Made by a program: the position numbers and the translations under genes. The notes under the pieces were generated by a model. It had not been told where the DNA came from. It worked only from the letters and a program-made list of their open reading frames with translations, and did not search any database. Of a stretch of DNA of 64,000 nt, positions 1 to 15,588 are shown piece after piece (positions within the stretch are counted from its first letter, which is position 1; each line of letters starts with the position of its first letter). This DNA comes from Eledone cirrhosa. Its lineage: Eukaryota. Location of the stretch: NCBI GenBank assembly GCA_964016885.1, contig OZ024740.1, positions 222,828,001 through 222,892,000 of the forward strand. Direction: 5' to 3'.

Positions 1-105
1 TTGTAATTTGAAGGAGAGTGATGACCAAGATGTTATATAAGTAGAGAAAACTGATAGGATGGTAGTGGAAGAAGAGAGAGACAATGGTATTATATAATCC
101 AAATC

Positions 106-261
106 AGGTATGGGAAACCTTTTTAAGGCAGTAGACTGTATAGAATATGGCTCTTCATAAGGTAGGCCACACTACTAAAAAATTCAATGCAATTTTGAAA
201 TTAGGTGTGACATTCAGAAAGCCAAACAGGCTGCATGTGTCTAGCAGTTTGCTCATGAATG
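106..261. mobile_element. Degenerate hAT-like MITE
   Basis: Imperfect terminal inverted repeats caggtatgggaaacc / agtttgctcatgaatg with a CAGG-type hAT end; no TSD resolved. Confidence 0.3.
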
Positions 262-349
262 ATCAAATATGTTCACATTTTACAATACAAATATAATTAT
301 AATTATATTATTGATAAACATTTCTATATACCAAAATGTCCAAAGTCAA

Positions 350-695
350 GATCATCATCATCATCATCATCATTTTACGTCTGTTTTTCCTTGCTTGCAA
401 GGGTGGGAGGGAACTGATTCTGGCTTGATTTCTACAGCTGGATGCCCTTCCTAACACCAACCTCATTTACAGTGCGTGCTGGGTGCTTTTTGCCGTGGCA
501 CCTCCATGACCACTTTGCAGTGGAATGATAGGGACTCCAGTCCCTATCATCTCATTTCTACAGCTGAGTAAACTGGAGCAATGTGAAATAAAGTGTCTTG
601 CTCAAGGAAACAACACATCACCCTGTCTGAGAATAGAACTCACAACGTTTCGATTGCAAGCCCAATGCTCTAACCACAAAGCCATGTGCCTCCAT
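350..695 (-). mobile_element. tRNA-derived SINE joined to an RTE-type 3' tail with (GAT)n
   Basis: Minus strand has a tRNA-like head with A/B boxes, then tgtttccttgagcaagacactt, the ggtgttaggaagggcatccagc motif and a (GAT)n tail. Near-identical copy at about 11975-12262. Confidence 0.7.
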
Positions 696-1061
696 ATAAT
701 GAATAAAGATAATGAATGAAGATAATGAATCAAGATAATGAATGAAAAGCTATGGATAATCATTTGAAGATAAAATACTTTTCCATTTTTATATCTTGCA
801 ATATATATGGACTAAGCCTACCATTCAATTAAGTCAGAATGGGATTTTAACTCAAAACACCAAAAGTTTAAACAAATAGCACAGAAAATTGGTGCCAATC
901 TACTGCACTGGATAGGTATTTCAATTTATCAACCCCAAAAGGATTAAAAAAATAAAGAATGTTGTCCTTGGCAGAATTTGAATTCAGAGCACAGAGACCT
1001 AGAAAAATACTGTAAGGCATTTTATCCTACATTCTAACAATTTTGCCTATATGCTGCTTAT

Positions 1062-1316
1062 TTAACCCCTTCATTGCCATTCTTTTAATGAAAAAACACA
1101 GCCTATGATATTCAATTAATTTTCAAAATAATCAGCAATGTGAAAGAATTTAATAATATAACTAACTATTTCATCATTATGTTCATGTTTGGAGCATAAC
1201 TTAACAAAGCTTCTTACATGAATTTATGATGGAAGGTTTTGGGATAAATATATATACTTTAAATCAAACAAATTTGTATCATAGGTCCAGGGGCAGTTTA
1301 GTATCTAAAGTGTTAA
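1062..1316. mobile_element. Old TTAA-flanked MITE (piggyBac-like ends), copy 1
   Basis: ttaacccct...aaagtgttaa termini; the reverse complement aligns by eye with 5307-5573. Confidence 0.45.
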
Positions 1317-1429
1317 AGCACATAGGTTTCTCATGTGGTCACCCATTTAAGTATTAAACCAGGCTCAACGTTGCTTAAATTCAGAGACCAGATGAGAACT
1401 GTTGCTTTCAGTGTGATATGGCCATAAAC
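1312..1429 (-). pseudogene. 5S rRNA pseudogene
   Basis: Minus strand gtttatggccatatcacactgaaagcaacagttctcatctggtctctgaatttaagcaacgttgagcctggtttaatacttaaatgggtgacc is colinear with eukaryotic 5S rRNA over about 118 nt, with many substitutions; single copy. Confidence 0.85.
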
Positions 1430-1529
1430 CTACTGATGCAAGCTAGAAAATCCTTTGGCAGTTATAAACTATCATTATTGTTGATAAAGCATTAGTCAAT
1501 CTAAAATCTGCTTGCTACTGATATAAGCC

Positions 1530-1571
<42 letters not shown>

Positions 1572-2309
1572 TGTCTGTCCCCATGCATGTCTATGTTTAT
1601 ATGATTGTGAGATACCTTAATAAATCAATGATTCATTAATTCATGTGAGGTAGGGGTTAAATCTCATTCAGATTTTTGTGACATCTATTTAATAATGTTA
1701 GATATGGCCAGCCCATCCCATTCTAAGAATCAATAATGTTCCTTTAGGGTTATGTAGATGGGCACGTCAAATGACCAGCTGTAACTTATTGAAATAAAGT
1801 CAGTTTTTCTCTACTCATCTCTCTATCTATCTATCAATATATCTATCATCCTCTATCTCCTCTTCAGTCTCTCATCTTTATAGATACTTCCAGATCTAAA
1901 TCAGAACATACTACTACTGTAACAATATAACCATCAAAATCATCATTATTCTATTAAATTATAACTACCATTGGTATAAATTATTAATAATTATTAATGG
2001 CAGACACTGTGTTTAGAGAGTTTTATTATTACCAAGTGTATACTTATGTAGATGTGAGTAACTAATTAAAACATTAAGTCCATATACACTTGCTGACATT
2101 GGTTGGACTGTATACGTATATGCCAAATATAGGATACATTGAGGAAGTAAAGATGGCAGTAACTCTTATAAGTAATAACTTAGTCTGGCACAACCTGTCC
2201 AACCCATACAGGAATAGATGCAAAATAACTATATATATATATATATATTTTTTTTTTCAATGCAGGTGGGTTCTATAGAAGTGGTTGATAGCTTCTGATA
2301 CCTAGGTGA

Positions 2310-2865
2310 TCAGATTAGCATGGGAGGGGGTGTTCCGAGGCCATAGTATCTAGGATAAGGATGGGTTGGAAGAAGTTTAGGGAGATGCTTCCTCTGTTGA
2401 CAAAGAAGGGTTTCTCCCTGCCTACGAAAGGATGTTTATATGATGCCTGTGTGAGATGCGCGATGTTGCATGGTAGTGAGACATGGGCAGCAACTGCAGA
2501 GGATATGTGACGGCTGGAGAGAAATGAAGCATGCTCCGTTGGATGTGCAATGTCAATGTCCATGAATGACCAAGCATAGACGAGTTGAGAAAGAAACTGG
2601 GTATAAGAGGAATAAGTTGTGGTGTACAGGAGAGAAGACTGAGATGGTATGGACATGCGATGCACATGGAAGATGACCGTTGGATAAAGAAGTGCCAAGA
2701 AATCCCAGTAGAAGGAAGATGCAGTAGAGGAAGACCTCGAAAAACATGGGCAGAGGTGGTGAGAGCAGACCTCAGATCGCTGAAACTCACGGAAGAGATG
2801 ATGAAGGACCGTGACAAATGGAGAGATGCTGTGGAAGCAGGGAAAAGTGGACGTAAAATGATGAT
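2310..2865 (+). mobile_element. RTE-clade LINE 3' ORF fragment (second subfamily)
   Basis: Translates to ...RLRWYGHAMHM...RGRPRKTW...DRDKWR, the RTE C-terminal signature; ends at (TA)n. Confidence 0.85.
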
Positions 2866-3143
2866 TATATATATATATATATATATATATATGGGGAGAG
2901 AGAGAGAGAGATTGATAAATAGATAGATAACTTTTGTAGGTTTCAACCAGTGTTGATCCAAGCCATGTCTAACTTAATAGCACCAACTGGCGAAGTCTTT
3001 AATATTATGGGGTCACAACCTAGTAATCTTTTGAACATCATGACCCACTCATATATATTGTTTCAGAGACATATCCAGGATTACTTGGAGGAATTTGCTC
3101 AGGAATCTTTTAAATATTATGGGATCATTCTACATTCACTTAC

Positions 3144-3216
3144 ATCTCTCTCTCCACCACCGGATCTTGTTACCTGGAGAATTACCCATCTGCATTGTTG
3201 AGGCTTCCAAAACGAC
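3144..3216 (-). CDS. Candidate 73-nt host-gene exon (unassigned)
   Basis: Minus strand atttttctttAG acceptor and GTAAGT donor; two frames open (VVLEASTMQMGNSPGNKIRWWRER or SFWKPQQCRWVILQVTRSGGGERD); apparently non-repeat sequence. Confidence 0.3.
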
Positions 3217-4498
3217 CTAAAGAAAAATATCTTATTGTTCCACAATGCTTCAAGCAAACTTCAATACTCTCCTATTATGGGATCTGTTTGTGTCTTGATG
3301 TATTTTGGTATGGTATTAAAGAAAGCAGGGCCAGTTGAGGTGAAGTAGTATCATATCCATTGGTTGGTGGATAGTATGGGGACTGAGCCTTGGGTGGGTT
3401 TTAAAGGTGATGCCAAAATCCTTTGAGAAATATTGATGGAATATTTTCCTCATGTCACAGAATTTCAAACTATAAATAATAATAAATGTCCCCCATCCCC
3501 AAAAGTATGCATGCAAACATACACTATTTTATAGAAAACAGCCCTTACAAAAAGGTTGCAACATACTTTCTCCCTTTGATATATTGACTATTTTTTATTT
3601 TATTTTTTCTGCTTTTTAATGGAATACCATTCAACTATTTATTCATATACTCATATGTGCACACATATTCTACTATTAATTTTCTTTGTTCTGTAGCCTT
3701 GTATTATATACACTAATCATTATAACAGACTATATGATAAACTGAAAGCTGATGTATTCTTACAGCCAAATTCATGACTGTCAAGTGATAAGCCTGAAGT
3801 TATTATGGTTAGTTAACGACAATTCAATTATTTGTAATTACTTTCCTGAAGATTAAATGTACAGGAAATTAAGTTTAGCAGCTCACTACACATGCCATAG
3901 GTATACACATATCTCATGCTAGAATATTTGAGTGTTTAATATATGGAATATTATGAATGTTTATACCCTGCTGGATTCCACATATAGAAAAAATACTTAT
4001 TAATTCATGTTAGATATTACAATCTGCTTACCTTCCAATTTTAAATTCATTTCTTCATGTATGGAGGGCACAAATGAATAAAGACTAAGTTCTAATCAAC
4101 ATATACTATAACTCAGGGGTCCCAAATTATTTTGACCATTGACCCCTTCAGAGAATTCATCACTTTTTATAGACCCAGGCAGAAACAAAAAGTAAAAATA
4201 AATAAGTAATAATATTGATATTAATAATAATTATGAAAATAATAATAATGCTGATAGGAAGATTTTATGAATAAAGACATTATCTGTTTGAATCCATTAG
4301 CCTTGTACAAAATAGCAACAATGTCTGACTATTCCATCATTCTAGTATTCTGTTCTGCTATGCATTTCTTTCTACTACTGTTATTTACACTACTTTCTGC
4401 ATTAATCAAATATTTTACATTGTTGTTTCAGCTGAAGTCTTTGGGAAAGTATTGCCACAATTTTGGTTAAGTTTGTACATTTATTATTATACAATTAG

Positions 4499-4660
4499 GG
4501 GCGGCGGATTGGCAGTATCGGTAGAGGGGTGGACGCCATTCTTTGTTCAAATCCCGCCAAGATTAACTTTGCCTTTCATCCATACGGAATCGATAAAATA
4601 AAGTACCACTAATGTACTGGGTAATTGCTGGCCTTGTGCCAAAAGCAGAAACAATTATTA
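4499..4660 (+). mobile_element. SINE family B (Nin/Deu-like central domain)
   Basis: ggcggcggattggcag...gttcaaatcc...ctttgcctttcatcc...cgataaaataaagtac...agaaacaatt; more than 10 copies in the window. Confidence 0.75.
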
Positions 4661-5306
4661 TACAATTAGGTTTGATTGAGGGATCACAGTTTGTTTCCTT
4701 TTTTTCAATGATTTTCATGGGGACTCCCAGGGATGTTGATTGCATATATGATAGGGAATTATGATTTCAAAGGTTTAAATTGAATTAACATTTTCTTTAA
4801 TTAGCTGACATTATTAATGGAGAAATTGTGTTTAAAATTCTTTAGAAATGTGTATTGAAATTTGATTAGAGTTTAATGGGTTTTGCTTCTTCTTTCTACC
4901 TTTTTGCAAAGGTGTGAAGATGTGGAGTTTAATTATTAGGGTGTTGCTTCAACCATGTACCAACTTAGGAATGTAACATAAAATATCTTAACCACTGTAT
5001 TAAGGCTAGAGTATTATTTGATAGCACTATTTACATTACTCTAATAGACAATTTTGAACAATGATTAAGTTTCAAGATCTACACACTTATTGTGTTCATT
5101 TTTTAAGTAAGATTCAATATCTGTATTCTTTTTTCAAAATCAAAAAGAGGGATAATTCAGTTGGATAGATACATTTTCTCCAGGTTCTTTAACCACAGTC
5201 AGTGCTTCATATTCAGATGACAATATGAGATGTTTCCTGCCTGTTAATCTTTCAATTGCTCTAAGTTTGAAAAATACTTAAAATCTCTAAATGCTAAGAT
5301 GTAAGT

Positions 5307-5573
5307 TTAATCCTTTTGATATCAAAATATCTGAAACAAAATCTAATTCTAAAGTACTTAGTTATTTATTTTAAAGTGTTTATATTTACCTAAACATCTT
5401 CCATCATACTTTTTGTAAGGAACATTCTATTAATGTATATGAATATATTATCAACATAAATAATTAGAAAGTTACTTATTTTACTAAAACCTTCAAATTC
5501 ATGATCATTTTCAAAATCAATCGTAACACATGGACAGTATATTTCATTATAAATATGGTAATGCAAGGGTTAG
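5307..5573. mobile_element. Old TTAA-flanked MITE, copy 2
   Basis: Inverted homologue of 1062-1316. Confidence 0.4.
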
Positions 5574-8442
5574 CTAATAATATAACTTTAATCTGTAATC
5601 AGTATAATCTCGAGGTGTGTGGTACAATACATCAGCTTGTAGATATATGCAACAAAAACAAATAGGTGTCAGATAATTTGAAGTGAGGTCATTTGTCATG
5701 ATTTAGAGTTATCAATTTACATCCATTTATCGATGATTGAATAGGCTGGAGGAAATCCAGAACTTATCCTGGGTTCATAAATATTACCTTATTGAAAGTA
5801 CATAACACCTGCAATAAAAAGAACTCTGCCCATATTAGCATTACACCCAAGCAGAATGAACTAGAGCAATGTGGGTGGAAAGGTTTTTCAAGGGCACAAT
5901 GCATCAGCTGGACTGGATATTAACCCCACAAAGTTATGACCATGTGTCCAACATCCTAACAATTAAACTACACATCTTTACACCTTTGAAAAAAGGTAGA
6001 GAAAAAAAGCAAAGAAGTCAAATCTTCAGTAATAATTCAATGGTGCATAAATTATCTTGGTAATTGGTCAATAAAAATAGAGGAATGAAATAGTGCTTCA
6101 CAGTGGAATAGAGTTTTACATCATGGGAAATAATTTGTCACTAACTGTTTCTAAATAACTAAATCAATAAAAAAGATACACACGTAAACATAATTACTTG
6201 CTAATATTCATGGCACAGGTATTTATAATATGAACAGATTCTTGCTACTTGATTCATCAAAATCTTATTTCAGTAGTGACCACCAACTTTGAAAACTGTT
6301 TTCTGTTGGATGATTTTCAAATATTACTTTAATTCTCCTTTGATTCGTTATAATCAAATCAACTATTAATTTATGAATCATTAAATAAAAAAATGAAATT
6401 TTGGAAATCACCAACACACCTGTCATCCATCCATCAATATTTATTTCACAGTAGAGCACCACTCATTGTCAACATCACAATTCGTTTGAAAAAGTAATAC
6501 CAAAAATTGAAATATAAAATATAAGAGAACAGTTTTAACTGCTGTGTTGTTTTTTTCTGATATTACTCTAGTTTTCACTTTTAGATTTCTAATTTGCATT
6601 TTACTGACATTTGCAAAAGAACCATAGTCTCATATTCAAAATGCTTCATATAAACAATATTGCTTTATTCATTTCAAGCTTTTCTAAACTGTAACCACTG
6701 ACATCATACAGCATGCCCCAAACCATTTCATTTAGCATTAGCTTGACATCAAAAACTGACCTCAGTCTAGATATGAACATAAAATATATACAATATATAT
6801 AGTTCCTTCTTTTTCTTCCTCAACTGTTTACTTTTTCTGTCTCTTTGAAGGGTGAAACCTCGGGTGGATGTTTCCTCATGGTCCTAGTGGACAGGATTGC
6901 CAAGGATCTACCCTGGAAAATAGTGAGGGTGATAGAGGGAAAAAGTCAGTCCAGATTGTGAGATTCATTGATGCAAGCGGCCAATTTCATCCTAAAAGTT
7001 GAGAGGTGATTTGAGGATCCAGGAGGTCAGAGGTTTCTACTGCTACAGGTTTGATAATAAACCTATCTGACTTCATGTTTTACAAATGACAACAAAGCTA
7101 CTTTAAGCATTAGTTAGCTCAAAACAAATACTTCACAACTATATACTTGTTCTGACACACTCCAAATACTCCAGTTTGAATTAAAACCACATTTTCCCTT
7201 TCTTTTTAAAATTATGAGAAACATTTACCTAAAATTATTAGAATCAATCTAATATATGTTGCTAAAAATTGTATAACAACAAAATATATGTTTGTGCTTT
7301 ATCTAAAAAAATATAACTTTACCAAACAAAATATATGTTTATGTACTAAATAAGAAAAAGACTTTACTAGACAAAATATATGAAACAATATAAGAACATT
7401 TCTGAGAAATTTTTATTTTATTTTACTTTTTCCTTTATTTTTTAATTTGTAAATAGTTTCCAATCAAAATACTAAATTTCTATTCATTGCTCATAATATA
7501 TATTATGGAAAAATAACAATGTCTTTGGCCAATAAAATATTTTAAAATGTGTAGTGAAGTCATTTAATGTGAAAGGAAAATTATAGCTTTTATTATAATA
7601 AAATATAAATTTTCTTTCCTCCAAGCTTTATTTTTTTAAACAACCTGTTAAACTTGGTGATAGTTTGATAGAGTTCTTTATTGCCACAATATTACATTTA
7701 AATTGCTAACTATACTGTTTTGTATACATATATTTCTAATATTTCTGAAATATTTGATCAAAGATATAAAAAGTAAAATTAGCTGACATTAGTGACTAAA
7801 TGTTTTATTCTTTGTTCTTTCTTTTCTTTTTCGATTTTTTTCCTTTAATTTCCATCAGAAGAGAAATTCAATTAATTCATAATGTCTTATTGATTCTATT
7901 TTTTCCTGCCATTCTTTGCCTCCATTATATTCATTGATCAATACTGTTTGAAATTTCAAAAATTTAATAATTCACAATAGTATCTAGTAACTATTTTATG
8001 CTATTACTCAAGTAAATTTCTACACTCTACACTATATTTAATCATATTGTTATCTATTTCAATCATATTTGCTTTCAGGAAGAATGTCTGTTTTCATTTT
8101 CAAAAATATTATTACTTATGTTACAATTTAAATGAAATAACGTGCACAACACAATAATATGTATGTTAATAAATGTTTCTCCCAATATGATATATGAATA
8201 TTACACAAACTAATTATCAATTTCAATGTTCTAGTTGAATTTGACAATTATATCATCATCATCATCGTTTTTTATGCTTGCATCGTTTGGATGGGTCTTC
8301 TCAGCACAGCATCACTCCTCTCACTGCATACCTTCTTCCTCTTCATTGTGGTTCTCAGCAGTTTGAGGTCAGCTCTCACCACCTCTGCCCACGTATTTCT
8401 TTGTCTACTCCTAATGCTGGTATATATATATATATATATATA

Positions 8443-8893
8443 TAGAAAGATTTGAATGGATACAGTTTAGTTGAAAGGAATTTATTGACACGTGTTTCTA
8501 TAACAGTTACATAACCTAAAACAGCTATCAACAAACTTTTAGTTATGCAGACATTCAATATTTCAATGTTATTATTTACTGTCATTTCATCAGTATATTT
8601 CAATGTTATTATTTACTGTCATTTCATCGTCATGATGAAATGACAGTAAATAATAACATTGAAATATTGAATGTCTGCATAACTAAAAGTTTGTAGATAG
8701 CTGTTTTAGGTTATGTAACTGTTATAGAAACACGTGTCAATAAATTCCTTTCAACTAAACTGTATCCATTCAAATCTTTCTATTTTTCTCCGGATTACTT
8801 TTGGAACTACAACTGGAACCGTCGAGCAAACTCTACGTGAGCTGATAATCTACTGTGTATAATATTTATATTACAACACAACGGAAAATACTG
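8443..8893. mobile_element. Head-to-head fold-back PLE-type 3' end with HHR motif
   Basis: Near-perfect inverted arms 8443-8591 and 8634-8782. Minus arm reads CTGATGA-a-atgacagt...actgttat-a-GAAA-CACGTG-TC, but stem I does not pair. (TA)n flanks. Confidence 0.7.
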
Positions 8894-8912
8894 TATATAT
8901 ATATATATATAT

Positions 8913-9253
8913 ATGATGTGGAAAGTGATATGTGTAAGAAGGTTAAGAATGCAAAATGGATGTTAAGATGAAGACAACAAAAAGGATAGTTACCTGGTAA
9001 CCTTTGTTTCACCTTTTTTGTTGTTTCCTTGATTCCTAATATTTTGGGATTTAAAATTCCCTTCGTCAGAGTATAAGGAACTCTCAGGAAAAAAAACTCT
9101 GACGAAAGGAATTTAAAATCCCGAAATATTAGGATGAAAGAACCAACAAAAAAGACAAAACAAAAATTACCAGGTAACTAGCTTTTTCGTTGACTTCATC
9201 TTACCATCCATTTTGCATTGTTTAGCCTTCTTACATATATCTCTTTCCTCATT
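8913..9253. mobile_element. Head-to-head fold-back element with paired HHR-like motifs
   Basis: Diverged inverted arms; CTGACGA at 9099 (+) with a ggaattt/aaaatccc stem and GAAA; mirror copy at about 9035-9072 (-). Confidence 0.6.
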
Positions 9254-9290
9254 ATACATTATATACAATGCTTCCAGCAAATTACAACAT

Positions 9291-9320
<30 letters not shown>

Positions 9321-9322
<2 letters not shown>

Positions 9323-9473
9323 GGTAAAGAGTCAGGACCTGATGGCTGAGCTCCGGCCGTTTCGATAGCTGTCGGAGTTCTGACTCTTTTCCTATTACCC
9401 ATTCTACTACCCATAGTATTGTGTACTCTGGTGCGTTATGGTCCACCTGGTTTCTTACCACACTTCCTTCATT
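9321..9473. mobile_element. Short fold-back element carrying an HHR 3' half; same family as 61639-61798
   Basis: Hairpin 9321-9394. Minus arm reads GAAA-CGGC-cggagctca-GCCA-TC. The remainder matches the reverse complement of 61640-61720. Confidence 0.6.
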
Positions 9474-9487
9474 ATATATATATAAGT

Positions 9488-9668
9488 GCGGTGGATTGGC
9501 AGTATTGGTAGAGGGTCGGACACCATGCTTTCCAGCTTAGTTACGTCCCTTTACGATCTGAATTCAAATCCCGCCGAGGTTGACTTTGCCTTTCATCCTT
9601 ACGGGGTCGATAAAATAAAGTACCAGTAATGCACTGGGTAATGCACTGGGTAAAGTAGAAACAATTAT
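9488..9668 (+). mobile_element. SINE family B
   Basis: Full-length match to the other family B copies. Confidence 0.8.
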
Positions 9669-9708
9669 ATATATATATATATATACACACACACAAACAC
9701 ACAAACGT

Positions 9709-9992
9709 GGAGGCGTGTAGCCTAATGGTAAGAGTGTTGGACTAACGATCATAATGTCATGGGTTCGATACCTAGCTTGCATGTTGTGTTCTTGAGCAAA
9801 AACACTTCATTTCACGTTACTCCAGTATACTCAGCTGAAAATGAGTACCAGCAATAGCTGGGGGTTTAGCCCTGCAATGGGCTGGTGTCCTGTCCAGGGG
9901 GAAGTCTTGTACTCTTAGTCACTTCACACCATGAAACCAGGATATATACCGGCCAAATGAGCCTTCCGGCATAAGACAGACTTTAGATTTTA
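9709..9992 (+). mobile_element. tRNA-derived SINE family A
   Basis: tRNA-like head (tagcctaatgg A box, gggttcgatacc B box), then tgtgttcttgagcaa and ccctgcaatgggctggtgtcctgtccagggg conserved-domain-like block. Confidence 0.75.
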
Positions 9993-10378
9993 GACACACA
10001 AATGACAATCTCCCTAGTGTTGCTAATCTACATGATGAATACACCAAGTGCACTCAGTAAAGAGGTTGGTAATAGGAAGAGCATCAAATTGTAGAAAACC
10101 TGTCTTACAAACAGTTAAAAGGACTCATCAGCTATGTCAAAGACATGACAACCTCACTAGTGCTAGTGTTATGATAAATTGCACACACTTGAGCATGGAG
10201 ATGCATGTGGATGAAATACTGGCCTCTAGCACATTTGCACATAAAGTAAAGTAAGGAGGCATATGTGAGTGATATACAAGCCTCAGCTCCATCGAACTGG
10301 TCAGTAGTGCCACTTGTGAACTGATCTGGTCAATTATGACATTTCCACCTCTTACTAGCAGGGAAAAATGCATGTTAA

Positions 10379-10414
<36 letters not shown>

Positions 10415-10629
10415 ATGACACAGTATGCTCACACATTAGATTGTTTTAAATAGAGCAGATGTGAAAAAACACAGTTTGAAAATATAATTAAAAAAAATAA
10501 AAAACGCTCTAAAACACTTAACTTTCTGATAACATGAAACCAAATCACATAAATCAGAGAAATCTATTCCTTCCACTATGATTTTTTTCTTTAGTTTAAC
10601 CCCCACCAGAGAACTTGACATTAAATCTC

Positions 10630-11070
10630 CTCCAGCATAGAGTTATGGTCCTTTACGGTCTGAGTTCAAATCCTGCCAAGGTTAACTTTGCCTTTCATCC
10701 TTACAGGGTTGATAAAATAAAGCAACAGTAATGCACTGGGATAAATGCTGTCCTTGTGCTAAAAGTAGAAACAATTGTATCTCCTCCTTTACACTGTTGT
10801 ACATAGAGACTTTTATTTAAGAGTCTTGAACATACCTGCTTCTTTAATAATGATTTCTACTATAAGCACAAGGCCAGCAATTTTGGGGTAGGGATAGTCG
10901 ATTAAATCGATCATAGAGCATTACTGGTGCTATATTTTATTGACCCCTTAAGAATGAAAGGCAAAGCTAACCGCGGCAAGATTTAACCTCAGATTGTAAA
11001 GGGCCACACCTCCATGCTGCAAAGCATGGTGTCCGACGCTCTACCAAAACTGTCAATCCTTTGCCCTTTA
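10630..11070. mobile_element. Two SINE family B copies (10630-10778 +, 10848-11070 -)
   Basis: ctttgcctttcatcc core and its reverse complement. Confidence 0.65.
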
Positions 11071-11199
11071 ATAATTCATGTTGTTCAGGAATCTATTCAC
11101 CATGTTAAACGTGGGCTCACTGAAAGCATATGTGCATTTGTGTGTGCATGTGCATGTGTCTTTTGTTATTTCCATTGTGAGGTTTAATTTTTTAACATT

Positions 11200-11535
11200 A
11201 ATTTTCACAACCTTATTCCATGTCTTACTGGGTCTGCCTCTTCCATGGGTGTCTCTACATTTTTTATAAAGCTACTATCTTCCATACCAATGCAATCTTG
11301 TCTCTTGCATGCTGCATATAATTCCTCTTATGCCAAGTTTTCCCTCAGTTTGCTTATGCTATCTTGCTCCTGCACATTAACATTACACATCCAATGGAAC
11401 GTACTCATTTCTCTCTTAGCTGCCACAGATCTTCTGTGGTTAAAGCCCATGCTTCCCTGCCATGTAGCATTGCAGGTTACATGCATCAAACAGTTTACCC
11501 TGAGAAAGAAGCCCTTCGTTGTCAGCAGCAGTAAC
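11200..11535 (-). mobile_element. Degenerate RTE LINE 3' ORF fragment
   Basis: Reverse complement resembles the 2310-2865 RTE segment. Confidence 0.65.
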
Positions 11536-12239
11536 AGATCTATCTCTCTCTATATATATATGTATACATGCACAAATACACAGACACATACACACACACA
11601 CACACCCACATATATATAGATATATGAGAGTAGACAGCAGAATTGATGTGTTTCATTGAAGCCAATTGTTTGGAGTTGCATAACTACTATTGATTGGTCT
11701 GGATATCAATAATGTTGCTCTCTGAAACGATTGTAAAATGATGGATTAATTGACTACTTCACTTGTGTTACTCTTACATTGTTTAACATTATATATGTCT
11801 CTGTAGTTTTGAATACAGAACAACGTATATGGTGATATTATCTTCCCACAAAACCCATTTCGCTTTGCTTCAATAGGATATTCACATGAACACTACACTG
11901 AGTTTTAAAATGTCTTTACATCCTAGCTTGATTAGGTAGAACACTAATGAGTATATGATGATGATGAAGAATAGAGTCCGCTTTTCACTGCTTGCAAGGG
12001 TGGGATGGGAACTGATTTGATTTCTACAGGTGGATGCCCTTCCTAACACCAACCTCATTTACAGTGTGTGCTGGTTGCTCTTTTTGCCATGGCACCTCCA
12101 CGGCCACTTTGCAGTGGAATCTCATTTTTACAGGTGAGTAAACTGGATCAATGTGAAATAAAGTGTCTTGCTCAAGGAAACAACACATCACCCGGTCTGA
12201 GAATTGAACTCACAACCTTTCGATTGCAAGGCCAATGCT

Positions 12240-15582
<3,343 letters not shown>

Positions 15583-15588
<6 letters not shown>

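Noticed and set aside
9709-9785. tRNA-like sequences here and at 56208, 40405, about 620-690 and about 12190-12262
   Set aside because: They are SINE heads continuing into a shared SINE body and lack an intact cloverleaf.
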